NCBI GenBank assembly: GCA_951406725.2
Contig: OX597831.1
Coordinates: 67,642,001 to 67,706,000 of the forward strand
From: Octopus vulgaris
Lineage: Eukaryota
Length of the DNA stretch: 64,000 nt
Reading direction: 5' to 3'
Positions within the stretch are counted from its first letter, which is position 1, and each line of letters starts with the position of its first letter. The notes under the pieces are model-generated. The model made no database searches. It was given only the letters and a program-made list of their open reading frames with translations, and was not told the origin of the DNA. A program made the position numbers and the translations under genes. Below are positions 27,154 to 39,619 of the stretch, piece by piece.

Positions 27154-28085
27154 CCGACATAGCTCTGCTGTCATCACCCGTACGAGTGCCGGTCGAGAAG
27201 GGAGTGAAGCAAGAAGATACTATCTCTCCAAAACTTTTCACCGCATGTCTCGAGCAGATCATCAGAGGCATCGACTGGCAAGGCGGTGTCAACATCAATG
27301 GCGAGCTACTCACCCACCTCCGTTTCGCTGATGACACCGTAATCATCACTGAAATCATGGATCAGTTTCAGACCATGCTGACGGAGCTCAACATCAAAAG
27401 CTCTGCAGTAGGTCTCAAGATGAACCGCATGAAAACGAAGTTCATGCGGTCAGACAACGTACCAACAGGTCGAATGGTGATCGGCAGTGATGAAAAAGAG
27501 GAAGTAAAGGAATATGTCTACCTGGGACAGGAAGTGAATATGTGCCGAGATATCGAAAAGGAGATCTCACGGAGAGTAAGGGCCGGATGGAAGGCGTTTA
27601 ATGGCATAAAGGATGTGCTCAAGGGAAGGTTGGACAGGACCACCCACACCAACCTCATCAATAGCACAGTTTTACCTGCAATGTTATATGGTAGTGAAAC
27701 ATGGGCTACAACAAAGAGAGAAGAACAGAGATTCGTAACGGCTCAAAGAGCCATGAAGAGGACAATGCTTGGAATCTCGTTGAGAGAGCACATCAGTAGC
27801 GAGATCATCAGAAAGAAGTCCGGCGTGAGAGATGTCATCGTAGAATATACACGCAGCAAGTTTAGATGGGCTGGACACGTCGCCCGGTTCACCGATAATC
27901 GGTGAACCCGCGCGAGCGGAAACGATGACTCGGAAGGCCTCTATGGCGGTGGAGTTACGATTTCAGGAGGGCGCGGGTGGGATTACGTGTATGAGAAAGG
28001 CACGATCCCGAGAGGAGTTGACAGCGTGCTGTGACCAGCGGTGTCAAATGGACACCCGGCAGACTGGTCAGTCAAGGTGATCAAG

Positions 28086-28090
<5 letters not shown>
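27150..28090 (+). mobile_element. RTE-clade LINE, 5'-truncated, RT C-terminal half and 3' end
   Basis: KGVKQEDTISPKLF..HLRFADD..YVYLGQ..MLYGSETW..KFRWAGHVAR is open for ~250 codons. It ends in (caaggtgat)2 and is inserted in (TA)n. Confidence 0.92.
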
Positions 28091-28156
<66 letters not shown>

Positions 28157-28237
28157 TGAGGGAATAAAATCCAAACTTACAAGGAAAAAGAATTCAATTT
28201 AGAAATACTAAATCAAATTCCAAAATATAATATATAT

Positions 28238-28452
28238 AAAATATCAGAAAAAAACCACCTTCATCAATTCAAAATGAATAATTGAATTACACCATTTAGA
28301 AAATTACATAAATAGAAAAGTTAAAATTAAAATAACAATTAAAAAGTAAAAATTTTAGTAAATTACAAAAATAATATATTTATGTAATTTTCAAGATGGT
28401 GTAATTAAATTATTCATTTTCAATTGATAAAGGTGTTTTTTTTCTAATATTT
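28238..28452. repeat. AT-rich foldback (~75-bp imperfect arms)
   Basis: 28238-28314 vs reverse complement of 28377-28452. Confidence 0.7.
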
Positions 28453-28484
<32 letters not shown>

Positions 28485-28538
28485 TGTATGTATGTATGTA
28501 TGTATGTATGTATGTATGTATGCATGTATGCATGTATC

Positions 28539-28570
<32 letters not shown>

Positions 28571-28624
28571 TGTATTATGTATGTATCTATATATATGTAT
28601 GTATGTATGCATTATGTATGTATC

Positions 28625-28656
<32 letters not shown>

Positions 28657-28810
28657 TGTATGTATGTATGTATGTATGTATAAAGTCATAAATGACAGAG
28701 AGACAATTTAATCAAATTTTATTTCACAATAAGAAAATTCTGATATTACGACAAATTGTTTCGTAACTTAGAGAACACGTAAATAACTTCCATTATTAAA
28801 TATGATAATA

Positions 28811-29022
28811 CGAGGGGAAGTCAAAAATTATCTGCACTTTCACCATAACATATCTTCATTATTTCCACACTGCCTTCTGCGCATGCGTTCTTATAGTTGG
28901 TACAACTGCGGTCACGTGATCGAAGTTTGAGCCTGATCGCGCAATTTTTTTTCTAGCATTACACTGTAAACATGGCCGCTCCACAAGCAGTGTGCACCAA
29001 AGAACAAAGAGCAGTGATCCAA
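28811..29022 (+). mobile_element. mariner 5' end fragment
   Basis: TA|cgaggggaagtcaaaaattatctgcac TIR, then MAAPQAVCTKEQRAVIQ. Confidence 0.75.
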
Positions 29023-29049
29023 GAGATGGCGATGGTGATGGTGAACCCG

Positions 29050-29129
<80 letters not shown>

Positions 29130-29940
29130 TATTGAAATGGATAAATGAATTATCTTGTTACGGATTATTCAAAAGATAACCGATACCTGGGTAGCAAAAA
29201 TCACAACAGAAAATTCACGGTTGAGGTTACGACCATGGGGTCTCAAACCCGTGCCTTAGTGCGGAAATTTGAAGTTTATATATCCTCCCATTGTTGACAT
29301 TCCATCCCTCTACCAACTGGTTACAGACGAACACACAGACACAGTTTTTTTCAGCTGCTTGACCATTAATAGCTGCTATATATATCTCTCCCTTGCAGCC
29401 TTCTAAACACACTGCCACACATACATAGGTGCACACACACATACATGTAGGCAATTTCTCACACCCAAAAACTATAGCACTCATTCTTAAAACAATTCGA
29501 ATATTAACACCAGTCATACAGAATACATTCTCACTCTTTGATTTTCCTGTAACCCTCCCCCCTGTTGGCCGGATTTTGACCTTGATTTATCTCAACGGAC
29601 TTTTTCGTCGGCTCTCACCCAGCCTGGCGTCAACGCATATTGAGAGACAGTTTTGTGCCATTTATCCCATGGGCTCCTCGCGAGCGTTTGTCGAAAAGTT
29701 TGATGTGCATTTTGTTTGGAGAATTAAGTTCCTGGATTTTCCTGAAGAGAAGGCTGCAAAATGGTCTCCTTATTCAATCCGAATTAGGGACTTTGCAGCC
29801 TTTGAAACATATGTAGAAAATAATAAAAAGGAATTTTGTTAAATCTTCGTTCAGCTCCATTTCTTCCTACACTAAATATATATGTATATATATACATATA
29901 TGTATATATACACACACATAGAGACATATATATACATATA

Positions 29941-30063
29941 TTCTTTTACTCGTTTACTTGTTTCAGTCATTGGATTGTGGCCATGCTGGAGCACTACCTT
30001 TAGTCGAGCAAATCGACTCCAGGACTTATTTATTGTAAGTCTAGTACTTATTCTATCAGTCTC
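29941..30063 (-). mobile_element. SINE family A tail
   Basis: Reverse complement of the family A tail; abuts the mariner fragment. Confidence 0.8.
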
Positions 30064-30481
30064 TCGAGATTGCTGAATCTTCTTATCTGTGGTGGAGCTT
30101 GACAGGCGTCCTGCTCCGTCTTGGTGCATCACGCTTGTTCGGTCTCTTTTAAACTTCTCGATCTACTTACTCATACACACTTCAATGCGGCGGTGCACTG
30201 TCCCCGTATTGTGCTAAAAGCCTCCGATGGATTTCAGCACCTGACACACATTCCGACCACTGAAATCAGATCACTGCTTTCTGTTCTTCTTTGGCGCACA
30301 TTGCTAGTGGCGCGGCCGTGCTTACACTGTAAAGCCAGAAAGAAAACTGGCGAGACCAGGCTCAAACTTCGATCATGTGGCCACAATAGTACTAACTATA
30401 AGCACACGTACGCAGAAGGCAGTGTGACAATAATAAACATATGTTATGATGGAAGTGCGAATAATTTTTGATTTTCCCTCG
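30064..30481 (-). mobile_element. mariner 5' end fragment (same family as 28811)
   Basis: Minus: TA|cgagggaaaatcaaaaattattcgcac, then APLAMCAKEEQKAVI*F..AEIHRRLLAQYG..KFKRDRTSV..AGR (HTH region). Confidence 0.8.
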
Positions 30482-30754
30482 TAAATAAATTACATGAGCA
30501 GAAAAAATACAGAGCTGATATTGATACGCAGAAAATAATTTTCAATTGTTTTCCAGGTAATGTAGAGAAATAAGGTAGTGTTATATATAATACGACACAA
30601 CGTTTTACATAAACGACTGTGACACACTGTCACATTGGAGCTGCGACATAACCAAATGGAACCAAGTTGCCGAAGTGGGCACAGACACTCGCTTTGCCCT
30701 ACACTCACCCCAAAACATATATGTGCAAGTTTGTGTGAATCTCTCTCTCTTTCT

Positions 30755-30895
30755 CTCACTCACTCACTCACTCACTCACTTACTCACTCACTCACTCACT
30801 CACTCACTCACTCACACACTCGCTCATTCACTCACTCACTCACTCATTCACTCACTCACTCACTCACTCGCTCACTCACTCACTCACTCACTCAT
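30755..30895. repeat. (CACT)n microsatellite
   Basis: Direct reading. Confidence 0.95.
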
Positions 30896-31050
30896 TCTCT
30901 CTCTCTCTGCATATATATATGTATTTACATATATATATGTATAAATATATGTATATATGTATATATATATAAGTATATATATAAGTATATATATACATAA
31001 CATACACACACACATATATATATATATATATTCACTTTTATTATTTTACT

Positions 31051-31312
31051 TGTGTCTGTGTTTGTCCCCCCACCCAACATCGCTTGACAACCGATGGTTG
31101 TGTGTTTGTCCCCCCACCCAACATCGCTTGACAACCGATGGTTGTGTGTTTACGTCCCCGTAACCTAGCGCTTCGGCAAAAGAGACCGATAGAATAAGTA
31201 CTAGACTTACAATGAATAAGTCCTGGAGTAGATTTGCTCGACTAAAAGTAGTGCTCCAGCATGGCCACAATCAAATGACTGAAACAAGTAAAAGAGTAAA
31301 AGAGTAAAAGAA
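31051..31312 (+). mobile_element. SINE family A 3' half with ~45-bp internal tandem duplication
   Basis: tgtgtttgtccccccacccaacatcgcttgacaaccgatggttg occurs twice, followed by the normal tail. Confidence 0.85.
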
Positions 31313-31364
<52 letters not shown>

Positions 31365-31371
31365 CACACAC

Positions 31372-31420
<49 letters not shown>

Positions 31421-33379
31421 GAGACAATCTCCAAATTCCCTCTCAACACACAAAAATGCAAACAAAACCTCCGCAGAGGAGAAAAACAAGCCTTACAAAA
31501 ACTAAAAAATGACAAGTCGATTATTATAAAAGAAGCTGACTAAGGTGGAGCAATAGTAATTATGGATACAGACTACTACAAAGAAAAGATACTGGAGTTG
31601 CTTAACAACCAGACATACTATAAAGAGGAAACAACACCACCGGAGAAAGCAACAATAAAAAAAATTAGAACATTAGACAATGAATACCAGGACTCCTTTA
31701 CAGACAAGGAGACTATGTATGCAACTCAAGAACCAAAGATAGCAACTTTTATGGATTACCTAAAATTCATAAAAGCTCTGAAATACAGAGAGCCATTAAG
31801 GAACAGAGGAACCACTATATAAGAATACAAAGGCCCGCAGGCCTCACAATGAGATCAATAGTGGCAGGGCCCCAGGCGCCAACACAACAACTAAGTCACT
31901 TCATAGATATACTCCTCATTCCAAATACAGTTCCGAAAACACCATACTTGCAAGCTTCGATGTCACAAACTTATACACGTACATACCACACACCCTAGGT
32001 CTGGAAGCGATAAAACAATCGGTAGAAAAATACAGGGAACTCATAGATAAGCATTTCAAAACAGACTTTATCACCCAAGCCACCCAATTAATACTTGAAG
32101 AAAACACATTCTCATTCAACAACAAGACATACCGACAGATAAAGGGCACGGCTATGGGTACAAAATTCGCACCTTCATATGCCAACGGGGTGATGGTTTT
32201 CCTTGAGAACAAACTATACGAAGAAATAGGGAAAGTCTTCGAACACGATTTCAGAGAAGACATCAAGAAAAAGTGGAAACGCTACCTCGATGACTGCTTC
32301 ATCTTTTGGAACAAATCAGAAGATCTACGAACATTCCACAACATCCTCAACACTGCATCCATCTATCAACTTCACAATAGATACCAGCTACAACGAACTT
32401 ATCTTTCTAAACATCAACATCAAGGTAAACAACTCCATCGTCACAACAGACATCCACTACAAAAAACTGACACGCACCAATATTTAAATTTCTACTCCTG
32501 CCACCCATCCCACATAAAAAGAAACATCCCATATAGTATGGCAAGACGCATATACAGCATAGTAACCGACTCACAAACACGCCAAATAAGACTAGATGAA
32601 CATAAAAACTTACTACTAGAACAAAATACCTCCTCAAACTAATAAAAAATGGAATCTCAAGAGCAATAAAACTGGATATTACACAACTCAGAACCCCCAA
32701 AGCGAAAAACAAAGAAAACATTATCCCTTTCATAAACACACACAACCCTGGAGTTACCAACATGTTTCAAATCATACATTCAAACCTACCAATAGTCCTA
32801 CAAAGCCCCCAAATAGGAAACATATTAAACAAATATTGCATAAAAAACAGTAGATGACAAGACAAAAACCTGAAGAAACAACAAGAGCGAAATTCTCATC
32901 AGAAACTAAAACTGAATTCTTTGTAAAAGAGTGCGGAGATGGTAGATGTGGGATCTGTAGTAACCCCACCTACAAATATATAAAGAGAGACAAACAAATG
33001 AAATTTAAAAGTGGTCACATATTCAAAGTAAATGCAGATATGAACTGCAAGACGCAGAACGTAATATACTGCATAACCTGCCCCACGTGCAAGGAGAATT
33101 ATATAGGTGAACCTGGAAATTCACCGACAACAGAATTCACCGACAACATGTCCGACAGGAGGAACTGCGCAAGATACCACTCAGTAAACACCTAGATACC
33201 TGTGGAGAAGGAAAATTTAAGATCTTTCCCTTCTACAAATGTCCAAAGAATGACACCTCCTTTAGGAGGTATATGGAAAAATACTTCATAACTAAGTTCT
33301 CCCCCAAATTGAATAGCTGAAAATATTTCTATAAGTTTTGCTAGATGAAGGACTACATTTGTAAAGTAGATTGTATTAA

Positions 33380-33439
<60 letters not shown>

Positions 33440-33664
33440 ACACGCACACGTACTATACATATGTACATATACATAAATAAAAACAATCTTTAATCCAGAT
33501 TCTCCATCCCATGTCAGCACAGGAATCAAACATTGGCTTGGAAGAACTGAACAATGGTATAAATATCAACAGAATTATTTCTTCTTCCCCTCTTTCTTCT
33601 TTCTTCCCTTCTCCAGCGACACCCCTTCCAGATTCACAGGCACCCCCACACACGTACGCACACA

Positions 33665-34530
33665 CTCTCACAAAACAATAATAAAAAGAAATCCAGTCAA
33701 TTTTTTGAGAAGTGACATTTTACCCCCTTGGAGTGGCCAATTTCTAAAAGCCAAAAATCATTTACAGTTGCAAAAATATAAACACATATTTTTTTCTCCT
33801 TTCTCTCCTCCTCCTTCCTTTCATTTCCCTTTCCCATTTAGCACACCTTTCAGATACGCAGACACCCCCCCACACACACGCACATACACACACACTCTCT
33901 CACAAGACAATGATAAAAAGGAAATCCAGACAATCTTTTGAAAAGTAGCATTTTGGCTCCCCCCCAGCTGGTTTTACCATTGCTAAAAGCCAAGGATTGA
34001 TTGTTATTGACAACTTGACCAGTTTCAAAAACATCAACAAAATTTTTTTCTTCTTTCTCTCCCTTTTCCTCCTTAACACTTCCTTCAGATACAAAAAACA
34101 CACATACTCTCACAAGACAATGATAAAAAGGAAACACAAACAATTTATTGAAAAGTGACAGTTTGTCCCCCCTTGGAGTAAACAGCTGGATTTACCATTA
34201 CTAAAAGCCAAGAATTATTATTAACAAACCGACCAACTGCAAAGATGTCAACAAATGTTCTCTCCTTCTTCCTTTCCTTCTTTTTCTTTAACACTCCTTC
34301 CAGATACAAACACACACACACACACACACACACAAGACAATGATATAAAGGAAATCCAGACAATTTTTGAAAAGTGATATTTTGCCCCCCCCCCCCCATC
34401 CTGGAGTAAACAGTCGATTATTATTGACAACCTGACCAGCTGCAAAGAGATCAACAAAAAATGTTTTTCTTCTTTGTCTCCCTTTCCTTCTTTTTCTTTA
34501 ACACTCTTTTCAGATACAAAACACACACAC
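33665..34530 (+). repeat. Four diverged ~210-230-bp tandem units
   Basis: Anchor cacaa(g/a)acaat(g/a)ata..aaggaaatccag at 33669, 33901, 34111 and 34331. Confidence 0.8.
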
Positions 34531-34652
34531 ATGCTCTCTCTCACTTTCTCCCCATTCATCATCCTCTTGTACTATTATATATCTCTGCCCACCACTACAC
34601 ACTCAATAACACTATAAAAAGAGTCAAAATTCCTGTATGAACTTAGTTCAGT

Positions 34653-34689
34653 TTGAAGACTCCACTAGAATGGACGAAAGCGCTAATAT
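34653..34689 (+). ncRNA. Minimal hammerhead ribozyme, degenerate
   Basis: TTGAAGA-CTCCA-CTAGAA-TGGAC-GAAA-GCGC-TA-ATA; same family as 37324. Confidence 0.55.
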
Positions 34690-34817
34690 ATGATATATGA
34701 TATATGATGTATAAAAACATGTAACATACAAATAAATATCTGTAAATATAAAACCATCCGAATTTCTGAGCACCTCATTTCTTCTAATATAAAATACCTG
34801 CACATCATCTCCAAACC

Positions 34818-34879
<62 letters not shown>

Positions 34880-35623
34880 AAGTTATAAATGACAGAAATA
34901 TTTTGATTGAATTTTATTTAACAATAATAAAATTCTAAAAACATGTAAATAACTTATACTATTATATTTAATAATACATAAATTACATGCCTGCATTAAT
35001 ACAAACGGAAAAAATCTTTCAAAATAAGGCAGAATTGAAGCGAGATCCTCAAATGGAAGAAAGTCTTTGTTAAATTCTAAATTCTCGACGTAACGTTATA
35101 GGAACGCAAAGTCAAAATTTTAAAAGATTATGGAAGACAATAATAATAAAATTGATATAAATTAATAAGAGGATATTCTAATAAATGGAAGAGAATTTTA
35201 GTAATATAATTAAAAAGCAACTACTACATATTATTAGAACAATAAAAAATCCTAAAAATCTGGAAAAAGGTAGTAAACAGAGAGAAAAATATAATAATAA
35301 TGATATTAGTAATAATGATAATAATAATAATGATAATAATAATAATATTGATAATAACAACAACAACAAACTAAAACTAAATAAAAGTAGAGACAATATT
35401 TATGAAATACAGGGATTGACATCAGCAAGAAAATGTGAACAATGTTAAATTTTTAAAAAATTAGAAATTTGAAGATATAAGTAAATATAAAAAAAAAATT
35501 ATATAAAGCGTGAAAGACAACGAAAACAAAACATAAATCAATGAACCATTCTTCCAAGATGAGAAGGGAAATCCATCAAGATTTCAAGAAATAATGATTA
35601 CTATGTATATATATACGTATATA

Positions 35624-35977
35624 TACTCTTTTACTTGTTTCAGTCATTTGACTGCGGCCATGCTGGAGCACCGCCTTTTAGTCGAGTAAATCGACCCCCA
35701 GGACTTATTCTTTGTAAGCCTAGTACGTAAACACACCACCGTCGGTTGTCAAGCAATGGTGGGGAAACAAACACAAACACACAAATATATACACACATAC
35801 ATATATATACATATATACGACGGGCTTCTTCCAGTTTCCGTTTACCAAATCCACTCACAAGGCTTTGGTTGGCCCGAGGCTATAGTAGAAGATATTTGCC
35901 AAAGGTGCCACGCAGTGGGAATGAACCCGGAACCATGTGGTTGGTAAGCAAGCTACTTACCACACAGCCACTCCTGC
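35624..35977 (-). mobile_element. SINE family A with internal deletion
   Basis: Reverse complement of the family A head and tail. Confidence 0.9.
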
Positions 35978-36049
35978 TATATATATATATATATATATAT
36001 AGCAGCAACGGTAGCAACTACAGCAACAGCACCTGCTGTAACAACAACA

Positions 36050-36300
36050 ATGGCATCAGGTCCAGAATTAAGGAAAGATGCACTAGCGGCTGTAGCACAT
36101 TCATTGAACAGTACCCTATACATGATTAAATGGAAGCTCCTTGAACTAGTTGAGATATATATAAACGGAAGCAAACGATGTAAGCTTTACTTGGCAGAAA
36201 GAGCAAGATTCCTGCAAAACTCGATTGACCCGGGGTCCAAGAAAAAAAGCATTTAGTCAATGTCTTCATCTGAAGCAATTCCTGTCACAAGCTTGGAATT
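36050..36300 (+). mobile_element. PLE C-terminal fragment (same broad clade as 19092 element)
   Basis: IKWKLLE..YINGSKRCKLYLAE..QCLH, parallel to LSWSIID..CKLCLKE..CHH at 21165-21310. Confidence 0.6.
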
Positions 36301-36582
36301 TCCCATTCGCCGAACAGAATCACTTGAGCAACTTGGATAATCGCTACGTTTGGAGCCGATGTAAGGGAGAATATCTCGTTCCGCCTGAAACACCACCTGT
36401 ACAGCCATTCCGGATGTATATTTTTTGTTTACAAAACAGACTAACCATGACGTTTTCCTTCAACTTTTGGAGAGGTTATGTTCCTACGGCCATTTGAACC
36501 CGACGAGCCACCAATACGGCTAAGCGCTTTATAGGTGCGAAGCCAATGGTCACTCTCTGACCGGCCATAACAATCAACTTCC

Positions 36583-36645
<63 letters not shown>

Positions 36646-36735
36646 GGAGAGTTTACGAAAAAAAACAAAAGACGAAGACAGGTGATGTACAAAACAAACA
36701 GATGTATTAGTATAACGCTCAGGAATAGAAAAAGT

Positions 36736-36771
36736 CTTTTACGTTTCGAGTCTACGCTCTTCTACAGAAAG
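36736..36771 (-). ncRNA. Hammerhead-like motif, A6U family
   Basis: Minus: CTTT-CTGTAGA-A-GAGC-GTAG-ACTC-GAAA-CG-TA-AAAG, within the repeat at 36644-36800. Confidence 0.5.
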
Positions 36772-36788
36772 GGACACAGAAAAAACAA

Positions 36789-36972
36789 GGAGAGAAACAA
36801 GGAGAGAAAAAAGGAGAGAAAAAAGGAGAGAAAAAAGGAGAGAAAAAAAGGAGAGAAAAAGAGAGAAAAAAGGAGAGAAAAAAGGAGAGAAAAAAGGAGA
36901 GAAAAAAGGAGAGAAAAAAGGAGAGAAAAAAGAGAGAAAAAAGGAGAGAAAAAAGGAGAGAAAAAAGGAGAG
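36789..36972. repeat. (GGAGAGAAAAAA)n 12-mer minisatellite
   Basis: About 15 units; a single unit is present in the sibling copy at ~17640. Confidence 0.9.
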
Positions 36973-37211
36973 TAGTGGCTAACGATCGAGAGGAAGAAAG
37001 AATTAGTTTTAAATCTCTGAGTGAGAAAAATGTAGTAACAGTACTACAGAGTAATGTCTATTTACCAAAGTGGCTGTCTTGATTAGGATGATGTCACTAC
37101 CTGGTTTTAGTCTCAGGAGAACATCTGTTCCACCTGGCTATCGACGCACAGCTGTGTCTTTATACTTTGAACAAGGGAGCTAATGTCTCCACTCAGCCTT
37201 AAACGGTACCG

Positions 37212-37251
37212 GCGGACCAGTGGTTTCTGGGTTATTTCTCTTCATCGGCAC
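37212..37251 (-). ncRNA. Hammerhead ribozyme candidate (U4C core, weak stem II)
   Basis: Minus: GTG-CCGATGA-AGAGAAATAACCCA-GAAA-CCA-C-TGG-TC-CGC. Confidence 0.5.
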
Positions 37252-37323
37252 AAGATAACCGTTGGCTAGAGATGGCTAGAGAATATATTAAGAAAGGGTC
37301 AGTCAGAATTTTGGATAATTCTT

Positions 37324-37362
37324 TATTAGCGCTTTCGTCCGTTCAATCGAACTCTTCTGATA
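37324..37362 (-). ncRNA. Minimal hammerhead ribozyme (U4A in this copy)
   Basis: Minus: TAT-CAGAAGA-GTTCG-ATTGAA-CGGAC-GAAA-GCGC-TA-ATA. Confidence 0.6.
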
Positions 37363-37967
37363 TAGAGCGCAGAAAATTTCTCCCGCCTTATATATGAATC
37401 GAAAAGAGGATTTTTGTTTTGTTTGGAAGAGGACGAAGAGAAAAGAGGAAAGAAGGGAGAAAGGGAGAGAATAGGGAGAGGGAAAGAGAAAGACAGAGAG
37501 GCAGGAAAGTAAAAGAAATCATGTATCTTGGGATGGTCTTTGAGTAGCACGTGGCTGGTGTTAAATGACCTTTCAAGATGTGAATTTTGTTTTTTGGAGA
37601 AAGTAGAAAGAGAGAAAGACAGGTAGAAGGACAAGAAAGTGAGAGAAAGAGAAAAAAGAAAAGGGGAAGAGAGACAGAGGAGTAAGTTTATTTTCAATTA
37701 TATTGTATCGATGTGGTCAACCCGTTGAAATTTAATTACAATTCAAGATGTCATTCTTGATTCAGCCATTGTTTTCAAAAGCATCGCTTTCTCTCTCTCG
37801 CTCTCTCTCTCTCTCCTCTCTTTTTCTCCTCTTCGTCCTCTTCCTCTAGCCTACGGATTATACATATTAACATGTTTGCAAATAAACATGTCTGTACACT
37901 CCATCAAGCACTTTATACATACATACATACATACATACATACATACATACATACATACATACATACA

Positions 37968-39039
37968 TCTATGATAATAAATGCAAAAGCTAATGACAGT
38001 GTGTCAGTGTGTCACATTTTCAACTTTACTCCTCCGACCACCTCTCTCACTATTCAATGACTCTTCTACAATTCCTCATGCTGTACTCCTCCCTCATTAT
38101 TCAATGACTCTTCTTCTATTCTTCATTCTTGGTTTTTCTTAATCCTAATAATTAAAAAAAAAATATTTCTCAAAATATTATGACTATTTCCGAAAGTAAT
38201 TTCTCAAATAAACATTTTGAAAAAAATTATTTTCTAAATATTATAACTGTATCAAGTAAATTAACCATAACACATGCTTCATAATGTTCGGAACGGAAAT
38301 AGGTATTGAACTCACTTGCTCATACAATATTACCTCTCATAACTCTCTGTCATAAAAATGTTGGAAACTTAGTATTTTTTCAGATAGTAATAAAATTTAT
38401 AGGACTTATTTTCATGCCGTCGGCCGTCTGAGCTATGGAAACTTAGTGCACTCCGACTGCATGAAAATGAATTCGACTAATTTTATCATTACCTTAAAGA
38501 ATACTAAAATACTAAATTTCAAACATTTTATCGTCAAATACGTTCAGAGCAATTCCAAACCATAAAAATCGCACTTTAAAATAGTGTTTAGTGACAGTGG
38601 TGTAAGTTTCCTTCAAACTACGAACAAGAGTTTAGATAACAAGAGTTTAGATACCCACCAGCTACGACAAATAATTGTTTGTATGAAAAATAAGACTCCA
38701 CATACATCAAATTGTCTTTAAATTAAGTGGTGGCAGAAGAAGTATCGTTGAACTTTTAAGAGGTAAGTTTATTGTTGCCTACGGCCAGATATATATTGGT
38801 TGTTCAAGGGTAGGGAATGGAATCAAGCTATTTGTACTGATCCCGAATGGGAAGACAAAAAAATGTTGTTTACCATGCAGCTTTGCAATAAGTTCCAAGT
38901 CGACAAATTAAAATTGTTGTTTTGATGAAAATTATTCATTGCTTGAAAACTATTGTTGAAGTTTAATAAAATTCAATGAAGAGCCCTTTGCAGGAGCTAG
39001 CTTAACCCCCCACCCCTGATAGGGCGGCTTTTAAGCTAG
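37968..39039 (+). mobile_element. Non-autonomous Helitron, complete
   Basis: A|TCTATGATAATAAA 5' end, subterminal hairpin ccacccctgatagggcgg, 3' CTAG|T; inserted in (TACA)n. Confidence 0.75.
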
Positions 39040-39619
39040 TACATACATATATAGATATGCGTGCGTGTGTGTGCGCGTGTGTGTGTGTGTGTGTGTGTGC
39101 TCCTTGCTCTGCTTTTCTCTTGTGTTTGTTTAGTCCTTCAGGACAGTTTTCATTCTCCTTTGCGTTACTCTACACTTGTCTGTCTGCTAGCCCACGGATT
39201 TTTTTCTCGTAAATGTACTATTATTATTTTTTGCTATCTTCACCTGACCCTAAGGTCATATTCCTTTTATTTATTTCGTTTTTTTGTCCCTCATCCGCCC
39301 ACTAAGAGTCTCGTCTCGAATTCCGTTCATCCATTTTCGTATGTCATTTTCCGTATTCCTTATTCATCCTTGTTTGTCCGCCTCGTTTTGTTTTTTATGT
39401 TTTGGTCGCACTCCCAGCAAGTGTTTATTACTATACGTGTTTGTCTTCTGAAAATATTATTCACGTAATGCCACGCACTCCTTACTTTTTACCTATATAT
39501 ATATATATATGCTTATATATGTATTAAACAAAATTGAAGAAGGGAAGCAATCCAGTATAGCCAGTGGCATGAATTTAGACAACACACATGCACATAAATA
39601 TATTAAATATAAAGCGAAT

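Larger units (their letters stand above)
31418..34822 (+). mobile_element. Penelope-like element (Neptune-like), decayed RT + GIY-YIG with 3' repeat region
   Basis: IIIKEAD*GGAIVIMD, ASFDVTNLYT, YRQIKGTAMGTKFAPSYAN, RYLDDCF, CHPSHIKRNIPYS, CGDGRCGIC, NVIYCITCPTCKENYIGE (31418-33320). A tandem array and an HHR lie downstream, and both ends are in (TA)n. Confidence 0.9.

Noticed and set aside
28745-28800. Minus-strand GAAA-CAA-T-TTG-TC half-hammerhead in a repeat also found at 7333-7530 and 34878-35030
   Set aside because: No CUGANGA-like 5' half could be identified in any copy.
36498-36530. CCGACGA-GCC..GGC-TAAG-CGCT after a PLE C-terminal fragment
   Set aside because: The position is plausible for a dead HHR, but the GAAA core is absent, so it is not callable.
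33665-36972. Regularly spaced repeats as a CRISPR-like array
   Set aside because: The units are whole diverged tandem repeats or 12-mers without unique spacers, the context is eukaryotic, and there are no cas genes.
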